This document shows, one piece after another, positions 16,497-26,229 of a stretch of 48,904 nt of DNA (position 1 is its first letter; the number at the start of each line of letters is the position of its first letter). The notes beneath the pieces were generated by a model that was not told where the DNA came from, did no database searches, and saw only the letters and a list, made by a program, of their open reading frames with translations. This DNA is from Armatimonadota bacterium (GTDB taxonomy: Bacteria > Sysuimicrobiota > Sysuimicrobiia > Sysuimicrobiales > Kaftiobacteriaceae), in contig JBBIUY010000012.1 in assembly GCA_037440005.1 (NCBI GenBank), positions 25,165 through 74,068 on the forward strand, read 5' to 3'. The position numbers were made by a program, and so were the translations under genes.

Positions 16497-17456
16497 TCAC
16501 GGCACCAGGACCAGCCGTCCCCGCACCTGTCCCCGGCGGACGCGGCGGAGGGCCTCGTTGACCTGCTCGAGCGGCATCGTCTCCACGTGCCAGGTGATCT
16601 TCCCCCGGCGGGCCAGGTCCACCACTTCGGACAGTTCGCGCAGCGACCCCCACACCGACGTGGTCAGGTGAGCCTCGGAGGGCACGGTGTCAAATCCGAA
16701 CCGCAGGTGCCCGCCTCCGGCGCCCACCTGGACGAGGATACCCCCGGGCTGCAGCAGATGCGCCCCCAGGGCGAGGGTCGCCCGCGACCCCACGAAGTCG
16801 AAGACCGCCCGGGCCGCGGAGAGATCGCGGGCGTCCCGGGGCAGGACGGCGGTCCGGGCCCCCAGTTCGCGCGCGACCTCCAGCTTGGCCGGGGTGCGGT
16901 CCACCGCCGCTACCCGCGCACCGGCCAGCAACTGCAGGTACTGGATGGCGAACTGGCCCAGGCCGCCCACGCCGATGACCACCGCGGTGGCGCCGTCTTG
17001 CAGCCACGGCAGCGCCCGGCGCACCGCCCGGTAGGGGGTGACGCCGGCGTCGGCCAGCGGCGCCGTCCGCACCGGGTCCAGGTCGCCCAGCGGGATCAGG
17101 TAGCGGCGCGAGGGCACCACCATCCACTCGGCGTAGCCGCCGTCGGCCGTCCATCCGGCGTCGGTCCCCTGCGGGCACAACTGCTCCTCGCCCCGCCGGC
17201 ACCACCCGCACCGACCGCAGCCCCAGCTGGCGTACACGAGCACCGGGCCCATCCCCGCCGCCTCGCCGGCGACCTCGTGGCCCGGCACCAGGGGCAGCCT
17301 GACACCGTCAAACTCCCCGTCGGCCATGTGGACGTCGCTGTGGCACACGCCGGCGCCCCGCACCCGCACCAGGACCTGCCCTCTGTGCGGCCGCGGGCGC
17401 GGGCGGTCCACCAGGCGCAGCGGGCGTCCGAACCGGGTCAGGACGGCGGCCTTCAT
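16497..17456 (-). CDS. Zinc-dependent alcohol dehydrogenase (MDR family)
   Basis: GVCHSD, GHE, CGRCGWC...C structural Zn site, GVGGLG nucleotide-binding motif. Confidence 0.92.
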   Translation of the reverse strand: MKAAVLTRFGRPLRLVDRPRPRPHRGQVLVRVRGAGVCHSDVHMADGEFDGVRLPLVPGHEVAGEAAGMGPVLVYASWGCGRCGWCRRGEEQLCPQGTDAGWTADGGYAEWMVVPSRRYLIPLGDLDPVRTAPLADAGVTPYRAVRRALPWLQDGATAVVIGVGGLGQFAIQYLQLLAGARVAAVDRTPAKLEVARELGARTAVLPRDARDLSAARAVFDFVGSRATLALGAHLLQPGGILVQVGAGGGHLRFGFDTVPSEAHLTTSVWGSLRELSEVVDLARRGKITWHVETMPLEQVNEALRRVRRGQVRGRLVLVP

Positions 17457-17600
17457 GGGCTGGCAAAGCCTTTTGCGCCCGGTGCGGCGGATCCCTTCGG
17501 CGCTCCTGCTGGCGGCCGGCGCGGCGGGGAGGTACACTGAGCGCGACCGTGCGGCGGCCGGACAGGCCGCGAGCGGGGCGCGGCACGACGGGGGGGATCC

Positions 17601-18569
17601 ATGCGGGCGGAGTCAGATCCTGCGGTGCGGTGGCTGCTGTCGTCGGCGGACCCGGCGGTCCGCTACCTCGCCCTCACCGAGGTGTGCGGGGTGTGTCCGG
17701 ACTCCGCCGAGGCCGCGCGGCTGCGGCGGGCGATCTCCCGCAGCCCGCGGGTACGGGCCCTGCTGGCCGGCCAGGATCGCGACGGCGGGTTCGGCGGCCA
17801 CCCCTACCGCAAGTGGACGGGCGCCCACTGGCGCCTGGCGTCCCTGGTGGACCTGGGCATTCCCGCCGGCCATTCCGCCTCCGTGCGGGCGTATCGGACG
17901 GTGCTGCGGTGGCTGTGCAGCGGCGCCCACCGGCGCAGCGTCGTCCGCATCCGCGGCCGGGTGCGCCGGTGCGCGTCCCAGGAAGGCAACGCGCTGCGGG
18001 TGGGGGTCCGGCTGGGCCTGGCCGCTCACCCCGACGTGCGCCGCCTGGCCTCCGACCTGGTGGAGGGGCAGTGGCCCGACGGCGGGTGGAACTGCGACCG
18101 CCGGCCCGAGGCGTCCCACTCGTCGTTCCACGAGACCTGGCTTCCCCTGTGGGGGCTGGCCGAATACCACGCGGTCACCGGCGATCCCGAGGCGGGCGCC
18201 GCAGCGCGGCGCGCGGCGGAGTTCCTGCTGGCCCACCGGCTGTTCCGCTCCCACCGGACCGGAGAGGTGGTCAGCCCCGCCTTCCTGCGCCTGCGCTACC
18301 CGCCGTACTGGCACTACGACGTGCTGGCCGCCCTGCGCGCCCTGGAGCGGGCGGGCCGGATCGGCGACCCGCGCGCGCAGGAGGCCCTGGACGTCGTCCA
18401 GTCCCGGCGGGGTGCGGACGGGCTGTGGCGGGCGGACGGCCGGTGGTGGCGGCCGGCAAAAGGACACGGAGGCGGGCCGGCCGACGTGGTGGACTGGGCC
18501 ATGCGCGGCCCCAGCGAGATGGTCACCCTGTGGAGCCTGCGGGTCCTCCGCGCGGCGGGACGGCTGTAG
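17601..18569 (+). CDS. Hypothetical protein with prenyltransferase/squalene-cyclase-like QW repeats
   Basis: QDRDGGF and QWPDGGWNC repeats, YPPYWHYD; function unknown. Confidence 0.75.
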   Translation: MRAESDPAVRWLLSSADPAVRYLALTEVCGVCPDSAEAARLRRAISRSPRVRALLAGQDRDGGFGGHPYRKWTGAHWRLASLVDLGIPAGHSASVRAYRTVLRWLCSGAHRRSVVRIRGRVRRCASQEGNALRVGVRLGLAAHPDVRRLASDLVEGQWPDGGWNCDRRPEASHSSFHETWLPLWGLAEYHAVTGDPEAGAAARRAAEFLLAHRLFRSHRTGEVVSPAFLRLRYPPYWHYDVLAALRALERAGRIGDPRAQEALDVVQSRRGADGLWRADGRWWRPAKGHGGGPADVVDWAMRGPSEMVTLWSLRVLRAAGRL

Positions 18570-18596
18570 CGGGCTGCGGGGCCGACCTGGCCGTCA

Positions 18597-20894
18597 TCAT
18601 GTCGCGCGCAGCGCCTGCCACACTTTTTCGGGCGTCAGCGGCAGGTCTATGTGGCGGACGCCCAAAGAGGCCAGCGCGTCCAGCACCGCGTTGGCCAGGG
18701 CCGCCGGGGCGCCGATGGCCCCGGCCTCACCCAGGCCCTTGGCCCCCAGCGGGTTGAGCGGAGACGGCGTGCTCTGGAATTCGCCGCTCACCTCCGGCAC
18801 CCCCGCGGCCCGCGGCACCGGGTAGTCCATCCACGTCGCCGTCTGCAGCTGGCCGTCGTCTCCGTAGACGACCTCCTCCAGCAGCGCCTGGCCCAGGCCC
18901 TGGGCGATCCCCCCGACGATCTGCCCCGCGGCCAGCAGCGGATTGACCACCGTGCCCGCGTCGTCCACAGCCGCCATCGTCAGGACGCGGACCTCCCCCG
19001 TGTCCGGGTCCACCTCCACCACCGCGGCGTATGCCCCGGAGGGGAACACCGGTCCAGGCATCCGGAAGACCGCGCCGGCCTCCAGGCCCATCTCCAGGTC
19101 CGGCGGTAGCCGGCCCGGCTGGTAGGCGGCGGCGGCGACGTCGGCCAGGCCCAGGGCGCGCTCGGGCGCCCCGCGCACGTGCAGCCGCCCGTCGGTCCAG
19201 ACCACGTCCTGTGGGGCGGCTTCCAGCAGGTGCGCGGCGATGCGGGTGGCTTTGTCGCGGACGCGCCGCGCCGCCTCGTACAGCGCCGAGCCGCCCAGGG
19301 TGGTGGAGCGGCTGCCGAAGGTGCCCACCCCCCGGGGGACGGTGGCGCTGTCCCCCATCTCCACCGTGACGTCGTCGGGGTCCACCTGCAGGACTTCGGC
19401 GACGATCTGGCCGAAGGTGGTGACGTGCCCCTGCCCGGTGGGGGTCGACCCCACCTTCGCCACCACCCTCCCCGCCGGGGTGACGCCGACCGACGCGCTC
19501 TCCCACAGCAGGGCGCCGGCCCGCTCCACGTACACGGCGACCCCGACCCCCAGCAGCCGGCCCTCGGCGCGGAGGCGGGACTGCTCGGCCCGCCGACGGC
19601 CGTAGTCCACCAGCGCGCAGGCGCGCTGCAGGGCCCGGGCGTAGTCGCCCGAGTCGTACACGTAGCCCAGGGGCGTGCGGTACGGGAAGCGGTCCGGGGG
19701 GATGAGGTTGCGCAGGCGCAGCTCCACCGGGTCGATCTTCAGTTCGCGGGCTACCAGGTCCACGGTGCGCTCGATGACGTAGGCGGCCTCCGGCCGGCCG
19801 GCCCCGCGGTAGGGGCCGGTGGGGACCTTGGTGGTGGCGACGCCCGCCAGCTCGACGGCGGCGGCGGGGATCTGGTAGGCGCCGGTCAGCAACATCGCGG
19901 TGGTCACCGGCACCTGGGCCGTGGCGGGGTACAGGTATGCCCCCAGGTCCGCCACCAGCCGGACCCGCAGGGCCAGCAATCGGCCGTGCTCGTCGGCGGC
20001 CGCCTCCACGTCGGCCACCAGACCCCGCCCCTGGTACATGGCGGCCAGGTTGTCCCGGCGATCTTCGACCCACTTGACCGGCCGACCGGTGCGCATCGCC
20101 AGCCAGGCGGCCAGGATCACCTCCGGCGGCGCGTGCCCTTTGGCCCCGAACGCCCCGCCCACGTCGGGCACGACCACCCGGATGCGGTCGTCGGGCCGTC
20201 CCAGGGCGCGGCTGAGGGCCGCCAGGGGCCGGTGGGGGTCCTGGGCAGAGACCCACACCGTGAGGAGGTCGTGTCCGGGGTCGTAGGAGCAGACCGCCCC
20301 GCGGGGCTCGACGGGCGCGGCGGCCAGGCGGGGGATGCGAAAGCGCTGGCGGACGACCCGGTGGGCGCGGGCGAAGGCCCCGTCCACGTCTCCTGCGGCC
20401 CGGCTCCACCGGACCAGGACGTTGTCGGGCAGGCCGTCGTGCAGGCGGACGCGTCCTTCCAGCGCGTCCAGCGGATCCACCACCGCCGGCAGCGGGTCGC
20501 AGTGGACCTCCACCAGGCCGGATGCGTCCTCCGCCTCCTCGCGGGTGCGGGCCAGGACCGCGGCCACCGGCTGGCCCACGTAGCGCACCCGGTCGGCGGC
20601 CAGCACCGGGTGCGGCACGGGCGCTACCTGCGCCCCCTCCACCGGGTTGGGCGGGACGGGCCGGACGGAGCCGTCCAGGTCGGCGGCGGTGACCACCGCC
20701 ACGACGCCGGGAGCGCGGGCGGCTCGTGCGGTGTGCACGGCGCGCAGGACCCCGTGGGCGAGCGGGCTGCGGACCACGGCCATGTGGACCATCCCCGGCA
20801 GGACCAGGTCGTCCACGTAGCGGGCCAGTCCCCGCAGAAACCGCGGGTCTTCGCGCCTGCGCAGGGGGCGTCCGATCCACCGCGGCGGACTCAC
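18597..20894 (-). CDS. Xanthine oxidase-family molybdopterin-binding large subunit (CoxL/CutL form II-like)
   Basis: RREDPRFL, GGAFGAK, active-site loop PYRGAGR, GQGH, FGSRS, KGLGE; GTG start overlaps the upstream TGA (GTGA). Confidence 0.92.
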   Translation of the reverse strand: MSPPRWIGRPLRRREDPRFLRGLARYVDDLVLPGMVHMAVVRSPLAHGVLRAVHTARAARAPGVVAVVTAADLDGSVRPVPPNPVEGAQVAPVPHPVLAADRVRYVGQPVAAVLARTREEAEDASGLVEVHCDPLPAVVDPLDALEGRVRLHDGLPDNVLVRWSRAAGDVDGAFARAHRVVRQRFRIPRLAAAPVEPRGAVCSYDPGHDLLTVWVSAQDPHRPLAALSRALGRPDDRIRVVVPDVGGAFGAKGHAPPEVILAAWLAMRTGRPVKWVEDRRDNLAAMYQGRGLVADVEAAADEHGRLLALRVRLVADLGAYLYPATAQVPVTTAMLLTGAYQIPAAAVELAGVATTKVPTGPYRGAGRPEAAYVIERTVDLVARELKIDPVELRLRNLIPPDRFPYRTPLGYVYDSGDYARALQRACALVDYGRRRAEQSRLRAEGRLLGVGVAVYVERAGALLWESASVGVTPAGRVVAKVGSTPTGQGHVTTFGQIVAEVLQVDPDDVTVEMGDSATVPRGVGTFGSRSTTLGGSALYEAARRVRDKATRIAAHLLEAAPQDVVWTDGRLHVRGAPERALGLADVAAAAYQPGRLPPDLEMGLEAGAVFRMPGPVFPSGAYAAVVEVDPDTGEVRVLTMAAVDDAGTVVNPLLAAGQIVGGIAQGLGQALLEEVVYGDDGQLQTATWMDYPVPRAAGVPEVSGEFQSTPSPLNPLGAKGLGEAGAIGAPAALANAVLDALASLGVRHIDLPLTPEKVWQALRAT

Positions 20895-21355
20895 GGCATC
20901 TTCTCCCACCTGACCTGGTAGTCAGGCACGGCGGCGCGGATCAGGCTGTCCACCGGACAGTACCGGCCCACCAGGTCGGCCAGCCGCGCCAGCCGGTCGT
21001 CGGGTTCGGACGTGCGGATCCACACGGTCAGGCGCACCGTCCGGTAGTGCACCGGGACCGGAGCCAGGCCCAGGCGCCCGCGGGTGTCCAGGACCCCTTC
21101 GGCCTCGGTGCGCAGGTCGTCGTAGGCGAACCGGATCTTGGCGGCCATCCTGGCCGTCGAGACGTTGATTCAGGCGCACAGGGCCGCCAGCACGTACTCC
21201 AGCGGCGACGGCCCGCGGTCAGTCCCGCCCCGGGCCGTCGGCTCGTCGGACACCAGGGGCGGAAAGTGCCGGATCCGGATCTCGGCGGCGCTTGTGGACA
21301 CCATTGCGCCGCTGGCCCTGTTGACCACCGTGTACTCCGAGCTGTCCTGCTCCAT
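20891..21355 (-). CDS. OsmC-family protein, probable selenoprotein (in-frame UGA at 21170-21172, 154 aa)
   Basis: ORFs 21170..21355 and 20891..21148 share a frame: SDEP..RGGTDRGPSPLEYVLAALCA-[TGA]-INVSTARMAAK...YCPV. The TGA sits at the first conserved Cys and a hairpin follows it. Confidence 0.85.
21135..21163 (-). promoter_or_regulatory. Putative bacterial SECIS hairpin
   Basis: GTCTCGACGGCCA-GGA-TGGCCGCCAAGAT begins 7 nt after the UGA; G-containing apical loop about 20 nt from the UGA. Confidence 0.7.
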
Positions 21356-21376
21356 CCCCTTCCCTCCCGGACGGTC

Positions 21377-22588
21377 CTAGCCCGCGACCAGCGGGTCGGC
21401 GGGCACCTGCTGAAGCGGTACCGCGCCCTCGTCGGAGACCAGGGTGAGCGCGCCCAGCTGCAGGCCCATCCGCTCGTCGGGGGTGACGGGGTTGGGCTGG
21501 ATGACCACCGCCATGTGGCGCGCAAAGCGCCGCCCCGGCGGAGCGGGACGGCGGTCGTCCCACGGCCAGAACCGGGCGCAGGCGCGGTCCACCACGGGCG
21601 GGTGGATGTCCACCCCGAAGCCGTGCACCAGGTCGTCGTAGATGGTGTAGCCGCGCTCGCCGATCACCGACGCCGCGCGGATGACGTCCGCCTCGGTGGC
21701 CCCCGGCCGCAGGACGTCGGCGATCCTGCGGTAGGCCTCCCGGGCCGTCTCGAACAGCCGCCGCCACGGCGGGGCGGGGTCGGCGGCCACGAAGATCGGC
21801 CGGTGGATCTGCCCCGAGTAGCCCCAGAAGGAGATGCTGATCTCGGTGAGGATCACGTCGCCCGGCTGCAGGCGGCGGTCGGCGGGGTTCTGGGCGGGCA
21901 CGCAGCCGTCGGGGGCGTCCATGGGCATCGAACGCAGGAACGTGACGTGGGGCAGGCCGCCGTCGGCCCGGCACGCGGACTCCACGATCGCCGCCAGGGC
22001 GTGCTCGGACATCCCCGGCCGGGCCTGGGCCGCCAGCGCGAGCAGGGCAGAGTCGGTGAAGCGGGCGGCGCGCCGCAGCCAGGAGATCTCCTCCTCGGAC
22101 TTGACCTCCCGCAGGGCCGCGAACTCCGCCGTGACGTCCACCAGGGCCAGGTCCGGCAGGGCGGCGCGCAGGGCCAGGTAGTGCGGGTAGGGCATGCCGA
22201 TGCCGAACGCCGCGCTCACCCCCACCAGTCCCAGGCGGCCGCGGGTCAGGCCCAGCTCCCGCAGGCGGGCCGCCACCGTCTGCGCGGGGTCGGGTCCAGC
22301 CCACTCCACGGGCACTTCGCTGGTCTCCCGGGCCGCGGGGACGTGGTTACGCAGCCCGACGTACAGCACGGGCTCCTGCGACCTGTCGGAGGAGACCACC
22401 AGGTAGGTGTGGTGCAGGTCCAGGTGGTTGGTCAGCCAGAAGACGTTGGCCTGGTTGTGGCGGTGGACCCCGGACGTCCCGTGCACCAGCAGCCCCTGCA
22501 GGTCCCGACGGGCCATCAGGTCCCGGGCCAGGTCCCACCGCCGGGCCATCTCCGCCGCAGAAAAGCGTGGGGCGCGGGATGCGGCCAT
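21377..22588 (-). CDS. M24 (pita-bread fold) hydrolase with non-canonical metal ligands
   Basis: Creatinase/prolidase-type N-domain, VKSEEEI, HGFG; ligand positions read E/Q/H/Q/G. Confidence 0.82.
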   Translation of the reverse strand: MAASRAPRFSAAEMARRWDLARDLMARRDLQGLLVHGTSGVHRHNQANVFWLTNHLDLHHTYLVVSSDRSQEPVLYVGLRNHVPAARETSEVPVEWAGPDPAQTVAARLRELGLTRGRLGLVGVSAAFGIGMPYPHYLALRAALPDLALVDVTAEFAALREVKSEEEISWLRRAARFTDSALLALAAQARPGMSEHALAAIVESACRADGGLPHVTFLRSMPMDAPDGCVPAQNPADRRLQPGDVILTEISISFWGYSGQIHRPIFVAADPAPPWRRLFETAREAYRRIADVLRPGATEADVIRAASVIGERGYTIYDDLVHGFGVDIHPPVVDRACARFWPWDDRRPAPPGRRFARHMAVVIQPNPVTPDERMGLQLGALTLVSDEGAVPLQQVPADPLVAG

Positions 22589-22591
22589 CGG

Positions 22592-23653
22592 TCACACGGC
22601 CCGCAGCTGCTCGGCTATCCAGTCGCCGACCAGCGGCCGGTACTTGTACGGGATGTTGTTGCAGACGTGGTTGCCTTCCGGGTACATGACCAGGGTGGCC
22701 CGCGGCGCCTCGGCGGCCATCCGCTCGGCGTGGGTGTGCGGGATCAGCCGGTCCTGGCGGCCGAACACCACCAGCAGCGGCTGGGCCAGGCGCGCCAGCA
22801 CGCCCTCCAGGGTCAGCCGACCGGCCCGCCGGCGCGCGTCCTCCTCTCCCGACGCGCCGCTGTACCGCATGAACGCCTCCCGGGTGAGCTCGGGCAGCCG
22901 GGGCCAGCACGCGCCGAAGTCGTACGGGCCGCCGATGGCGGCCACCGCCCGGAGGCGCCGTTCGAAGGCCGCCGCCCGGGGCGCGTAGTAGCCGCCCAGG
23001 CTCACCCCCGCCGCGCCCACCCGGTCCAGGTCCAGGTCGTCCCGGCCGGCCAGGGCGTCCAGCGCCGCGGCCACGGCGGCCTCGTAGTCGGGACGGATCC
23101 GGGTGCGCCACGCGCTCTCGCCCTGGCCGGGGCCGTCCAGGGAGAGGGTGGCCATGCCGCGGGTCAGGAACACCTCTTCCCAGTGGAAGAACTCCTCCTT
23201 GGCCGAGTCCAGCCCCGGGATGAGCAGGACCAGCGGCGGCCGGTCCGCGCCCGCAGGCCGCCGGAGGTTGGCGGCCAGGACGGTGCCTTCGAAGGGGATC
23301 TCCACGCGCTCGGCGGCGGGGTCCAGGTGGCGGTGCGCGGCGTACAGGCAGGCCGCCGCCCGCCGGGCGGCGTCGTGGTGGCGGTCCATGTCCACAAACC
23401 ACAGGAACCGGGCGAAGTGGTAGCACAGCGCCGCCCGCACGAACGCTTCGCCGGCGGTGCGGGACCGCCCGCCCTGCTCGGCCTGGCGGGCCAGGTCCTC
23501 GTGGACCCGGGCCGTCGCCACCCACGCGTCCAGCCACTGGTCCCACCGCTGCAGCGACGCCGTGGTGCGGACGAAGTCGTTGTAGTCCACCCCCTGGGCC
23601 ACAAAGCGCGGCGCCCAGTGCTCCACGGCGGACCGCACGCGCTCATCGGCCAC
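22592..23653 (-). CDS. Alpha/beta hydrolase, 2,6-dihydroxypseudooxynicotine hydrolase-like
   Basis: GLDSAKEE, DGPGQGE, GVSLGGYYAPRAAAFE and GNHVCNN motifs. Confidence 0.85.
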   Translation of the reverse strand: MADERVRSAVEHWAPRFVAQGVDYNDFVRTTASLQRWDQWLDAWVATARVHEDLARQAEQGGRSRTAGEAFVRAALCYHFARFLWFVDMDRHHDAARRAAACLYAAHRHLDPAAERVEIPFEGTVLAANLRRPAGADRPPLVLLIPGLDSAKEEFFHWEEVFLTRGMATLSLDGPGQGESAWRTRIRPDYEAAVAAALDALAGRDDLDLDRVGAAGVSLGGYYAPRAAAFERRLRAVAAIGGPYDFGACWPRLPELTREAFMRYSGASGEEDARRRAGRLTLEGVLARLAQPLLVVFGRQDRLIPHTHAERMAAEAPRATLVMYPEGNHVCNNIPYKYRPLVGDWIAEQLRAV

Positions 23654-25241
23654 GGGCCACCACCTCCTCCAGGGAGACGCCCAAGTCGGCCAGCAGGACG
23701 GCGGCGGCGTTGCGCCCCGGGCCGCCCGAGACCGACCCGCCCGGGTGGGTGGTGGCGCCGGTCTGGTACAGCCCCGGGATCGGCAGGCGGTGCTGGGCCC
23801 ACCCCGCCGCCGGCCGCAGCCGCCCCGACTGGGCGGGGCTCATGTCCCCGCCGTGGCAGGAGCCGTGCCAGTTGTGGGGGTTGCGCCGTTCCAGGTCCAG
23901 AGGGCTGTCCACCGCCGACGCCAGCAGCGTCCGGTCGGTGAGGTTGGGCGCGTACCGGCGCAGGTGGTCCAGGTTGGCGGCGGCCACCTCCGCCTTGATC
24001 GCGTCCCAGCGCTGCGGGCCCTCGGGCAGTTCGTAGGGCTGGAAGCCGATCACCTTGAGCACGTGCCGGCCCGGCGGCGCCCGGGTGGGGTCGGCCACGG
24101 AGGGGCACAGGACCAGCAGGACCGGGTCGTCCAGCGCGACGCGGCCCCGGGCGAACTCGGAGCCCACCCGCAGCATCCGGTCCACCGAGGTGGGGATGCC
24201 GGCGGCCACCGGCGTCAGGGCGCCGTCGCCGGCGGGGAAGGCGGGCGGCTCGGTGACGGCGTAGTGGGCGACGATCATGGACACGCCCGGCCGCCAGCGT
24301 TCCACCGCGAACAGGAAGTCGTCTCCCCACAGCTGCGGCGGGGCCATCGCGACCAGCTGCGCGATGTGGATGGACGACAGCACGGCCTTCTGCGCCCGGT
24401 AGCGCGCGCCGTCCGCGGTCTGCACGCCCACGCACCGGCCGTTCTCCACCAGCAGGCCCGTGACCCGCCGGCCGGTCAGCACCGCTCCGCCGTGGTCTTC
24501 GATCACCCGCGCCAGGGCCCGGGGCAGGGCGACCGAGCCGCCCCGGGGCAGGGTCCACGAGTGGCGCTGGCGTCCGTAGGGGATCTGGTAGGCCAGCAGC
24601 CCGGTGCCGGGCCGGTCCGGCGGCTGCATGGTGAGGAAGGACATCCACAGCATGAACGCCCGGGTGTGCCAGTCGCTGAACTCGGCGCGGATCACCTCCC
24701 AGGCGCTCATGGCCTGGATCCGCAGCCACCGCGCGCCCCGGGGGTGGGCGGCCAGCCTCTCCTCCAGGGACGGCCCCCACCCCACCGGGGTGTACCGGTA
24801 GGCCGTCACCAGGTCGGCGATCTCCGCGTAGTCGGTCATCATCTGTCGGAAGGCCTCCGCGTCGCGCCGGCTGAATCTGGCGAACTCACCGCAGGTGCGG
24901 TCCAGGTCGCGCCACTGGGTCAGCCAGGTGCCGTCGGGGAACGGCACGTGGACCACCGGGTCCGGGTGGATGTACTCCAGCCCGTACGCCCGCAGCCCCA
25001 GCTCGTCGCGGCGGATGGTGGGCGAGGACTGCAGGAGGGTGTGGGCGGTGGAGCAGGAGTCGTGCAGGAAGCCCGGCAGGGTCAGCTCCTCGCTGGCGGT
25101 GTCCCCGCCGATGACCGGCCGCGCCTCCAGGACCAGGACCCGCAGTCCCGCCCGCGCCAGATACCCGGCGGCGATCAGGGCGTTGTGGCCGGCCCCGGCC
25201 ACCACCACGTCCCACTCCGCCTGTCCGCCCACGGCCCTCAT
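23643..25241 (-). CDS. FAD-dependent oxidoreductase, phytoene desaturase-like family
   Basis: DVVVAGAGHNAL, LE-x-R..IGG, EELTLPGF-x-HD, GLYQTGATTHPGGSVSGGPGRNAA; ATGA coupling with the upstream gene. Confidence 0.88.
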   Translation of the reverse strand: MRAVGGQAEWDVVVAGAGHNALIAAGYLARAGLRVLVLEARPVIGGDTASEELTLPGFLHDSCSTAHTLLQSSPTIRRDELGLRAYGLEYIHPDPVVHVPFPDGTWLTQWRDLDRTCGEFARFSRRDAEAFRQMMTDYAEIADLVTAYRYTPVGWGPSLEERLAAHPRGARWLRIQAMSAWEVIRAEFSDWHTRAFMLWMSFLTMQPPDRPGTGLLAYQIPYGRQRHSWTLPRGGSVALPRALARVIEDHGGAVLTGRRVTGLLVENGRCVGVQTADGARYRAQKAVLSSIHIAQLVAMAPPQLWGDDFLFAVERWRPGVSMIVAHYAVTEPPAFPAGDGALTPVAAGIPTSVDRMLRVGSEFARGRVALDDPVLLVLCPSVADPTRAPPGRHVLKVIGFQPYELPEGPQRWDAIKAEVAAANLDHLRRYAPNLTDRTLLASAVDSPLDLERRNPHNWHGSCHGGDMSPAQSGRLRPAAGWAQHRLPIPGLYQTGATTHPGGSVSGGPGRNAAAVLLADLGVSLEEVVARGR

Positions 25242-26221
25242 CGCCCCGCCAGCAGCCGGGCGGCGGTCCCGCCCAGGACGGCGGCCTCCTCCTCCGGAAG
25301 CAGCCCCAGGGCGCGCACCGTCTGCACGGGACGGGGGTCGCCCATGTCGAAGGGGGAGTCGGATCCCAGGGCCACGTGGTCCGCTCCGGCGAACTCCACC
25401 AGCGCCCGCAGCGCCTGCGGGTCGTGGGTGACGGTGTCGAAGTACATCCGCCGCAGCGACGCCTCCGGGTGTTCCCGCAGTCGGGCCCGCGCCGCCGGCT
25501 GGACCTGGTGGGCGCGGCCCAGCCGGCCCCGCAGCGCCGGCAGAGCCCCGCCGCCGTGGGCCAGCAGGACCCGCAGGGCGGGGTGGGCTTCCAGGACGCC
25601 GGCCATGACCAGGTGCGCGGCGGCGATGGTGGTCTCCAGCGGGTTGCCCACGGCGTTCCACAGGTAGTAGTCGGCCAGGGCCGGGTGGTCGAAGCCGCGG
25701 GTGGTCGGGTGGACGAACACCACCGCGCCCAGCCCCTCGGCCGCCTCCCAGACCGGGCGGAAGCGGTCGTCTCCCAGAGATGCGCCGTCCACGCTGGCGG
25801 GCACGATCACCCCCCGCAGGCCGAGAGTCATGGCCGTGCGCAGCTGCTGGACGGCCAGGGGCGGATCCTGCAGGGGCACCATGCCCAGGGCGGCCAGGCG
25901 CCCTGCGTAGCGGCCGACGAGACGGGCCAGGGCTTCGTTGCACACCTGGCAGATGCGCAACGCCTGCTGGGGGGAGATCCCGGGGCGGTACAGGGAAATC
26001 CACGGCGACAGCAGCACCCGGTCCACGCCCGCGGCGGCGGCGGCCTCCAGGATGCCGTCGGGGTCCACAATCTCGGAGACCACCGACCGGACCTGCCGGC
26101 CGTCGATCTCGATGACCGGGCGTCCGTCCTCCCGCCGCACCCGCGGCCGCCACGCGTCCTCCGGGGCGGCGTCCCGGGTCAGTTCCGCGGGGATGATGTG
26201 GGCGTGGACGTCGGTGACCAC
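25238..26221 (-). CDS. Amidohydrolase-2 family protein (ACMSD-like decarboxylase/hydrolase)
   Basis: DVHAH, VPLQDP, VFVHP, GNPLETT, HGGG and LGSDSPFDMG motifs. Confidence 0.88.
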   Translation of the reverse strand: MVTDVHAHIIPAELTRDAAPEDAWRPRVRREDGRPVIEIDGRQVRSVVSEIVDPDGILEAAAAAGVDRVLLSPWISLYRPGISPQQALRICQVCNEALARLVGRYAGRLAALGMVPLQDPPLAVQQLRTAMTLGLRGVIVPASVDGASLGDDRFRPVWEAAEGLGAVVFVHPTTRGFDHPALADYYLWNAVGNPLETTIAAAHLVMAGVLEAHPALRVLLAHGGGALPALRGRLGRAHQVQPAARARLREHPEASLRRMYFDTVTHDPQALRALVEFAGADHVALGSDSPFDMGDPRPVQTVRALGLLPEEEAAVLGGTAARLLAGR

Positions 26222-26229
26222 GGTCCGCT

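Noticed and set aside
18597..20894. True aerobic CO dehydrogenase (form I)
   Set aside because: It lacks the AYXCSFR loop and has no coxM/coxS or accessory genes nearby.
20891..21355. OsmC pseudogene or two separate small genes
   Set aside because: A single in-frame UGA at the catalytic column, a downstream hairpin and two intact halves favour Sec recoding.
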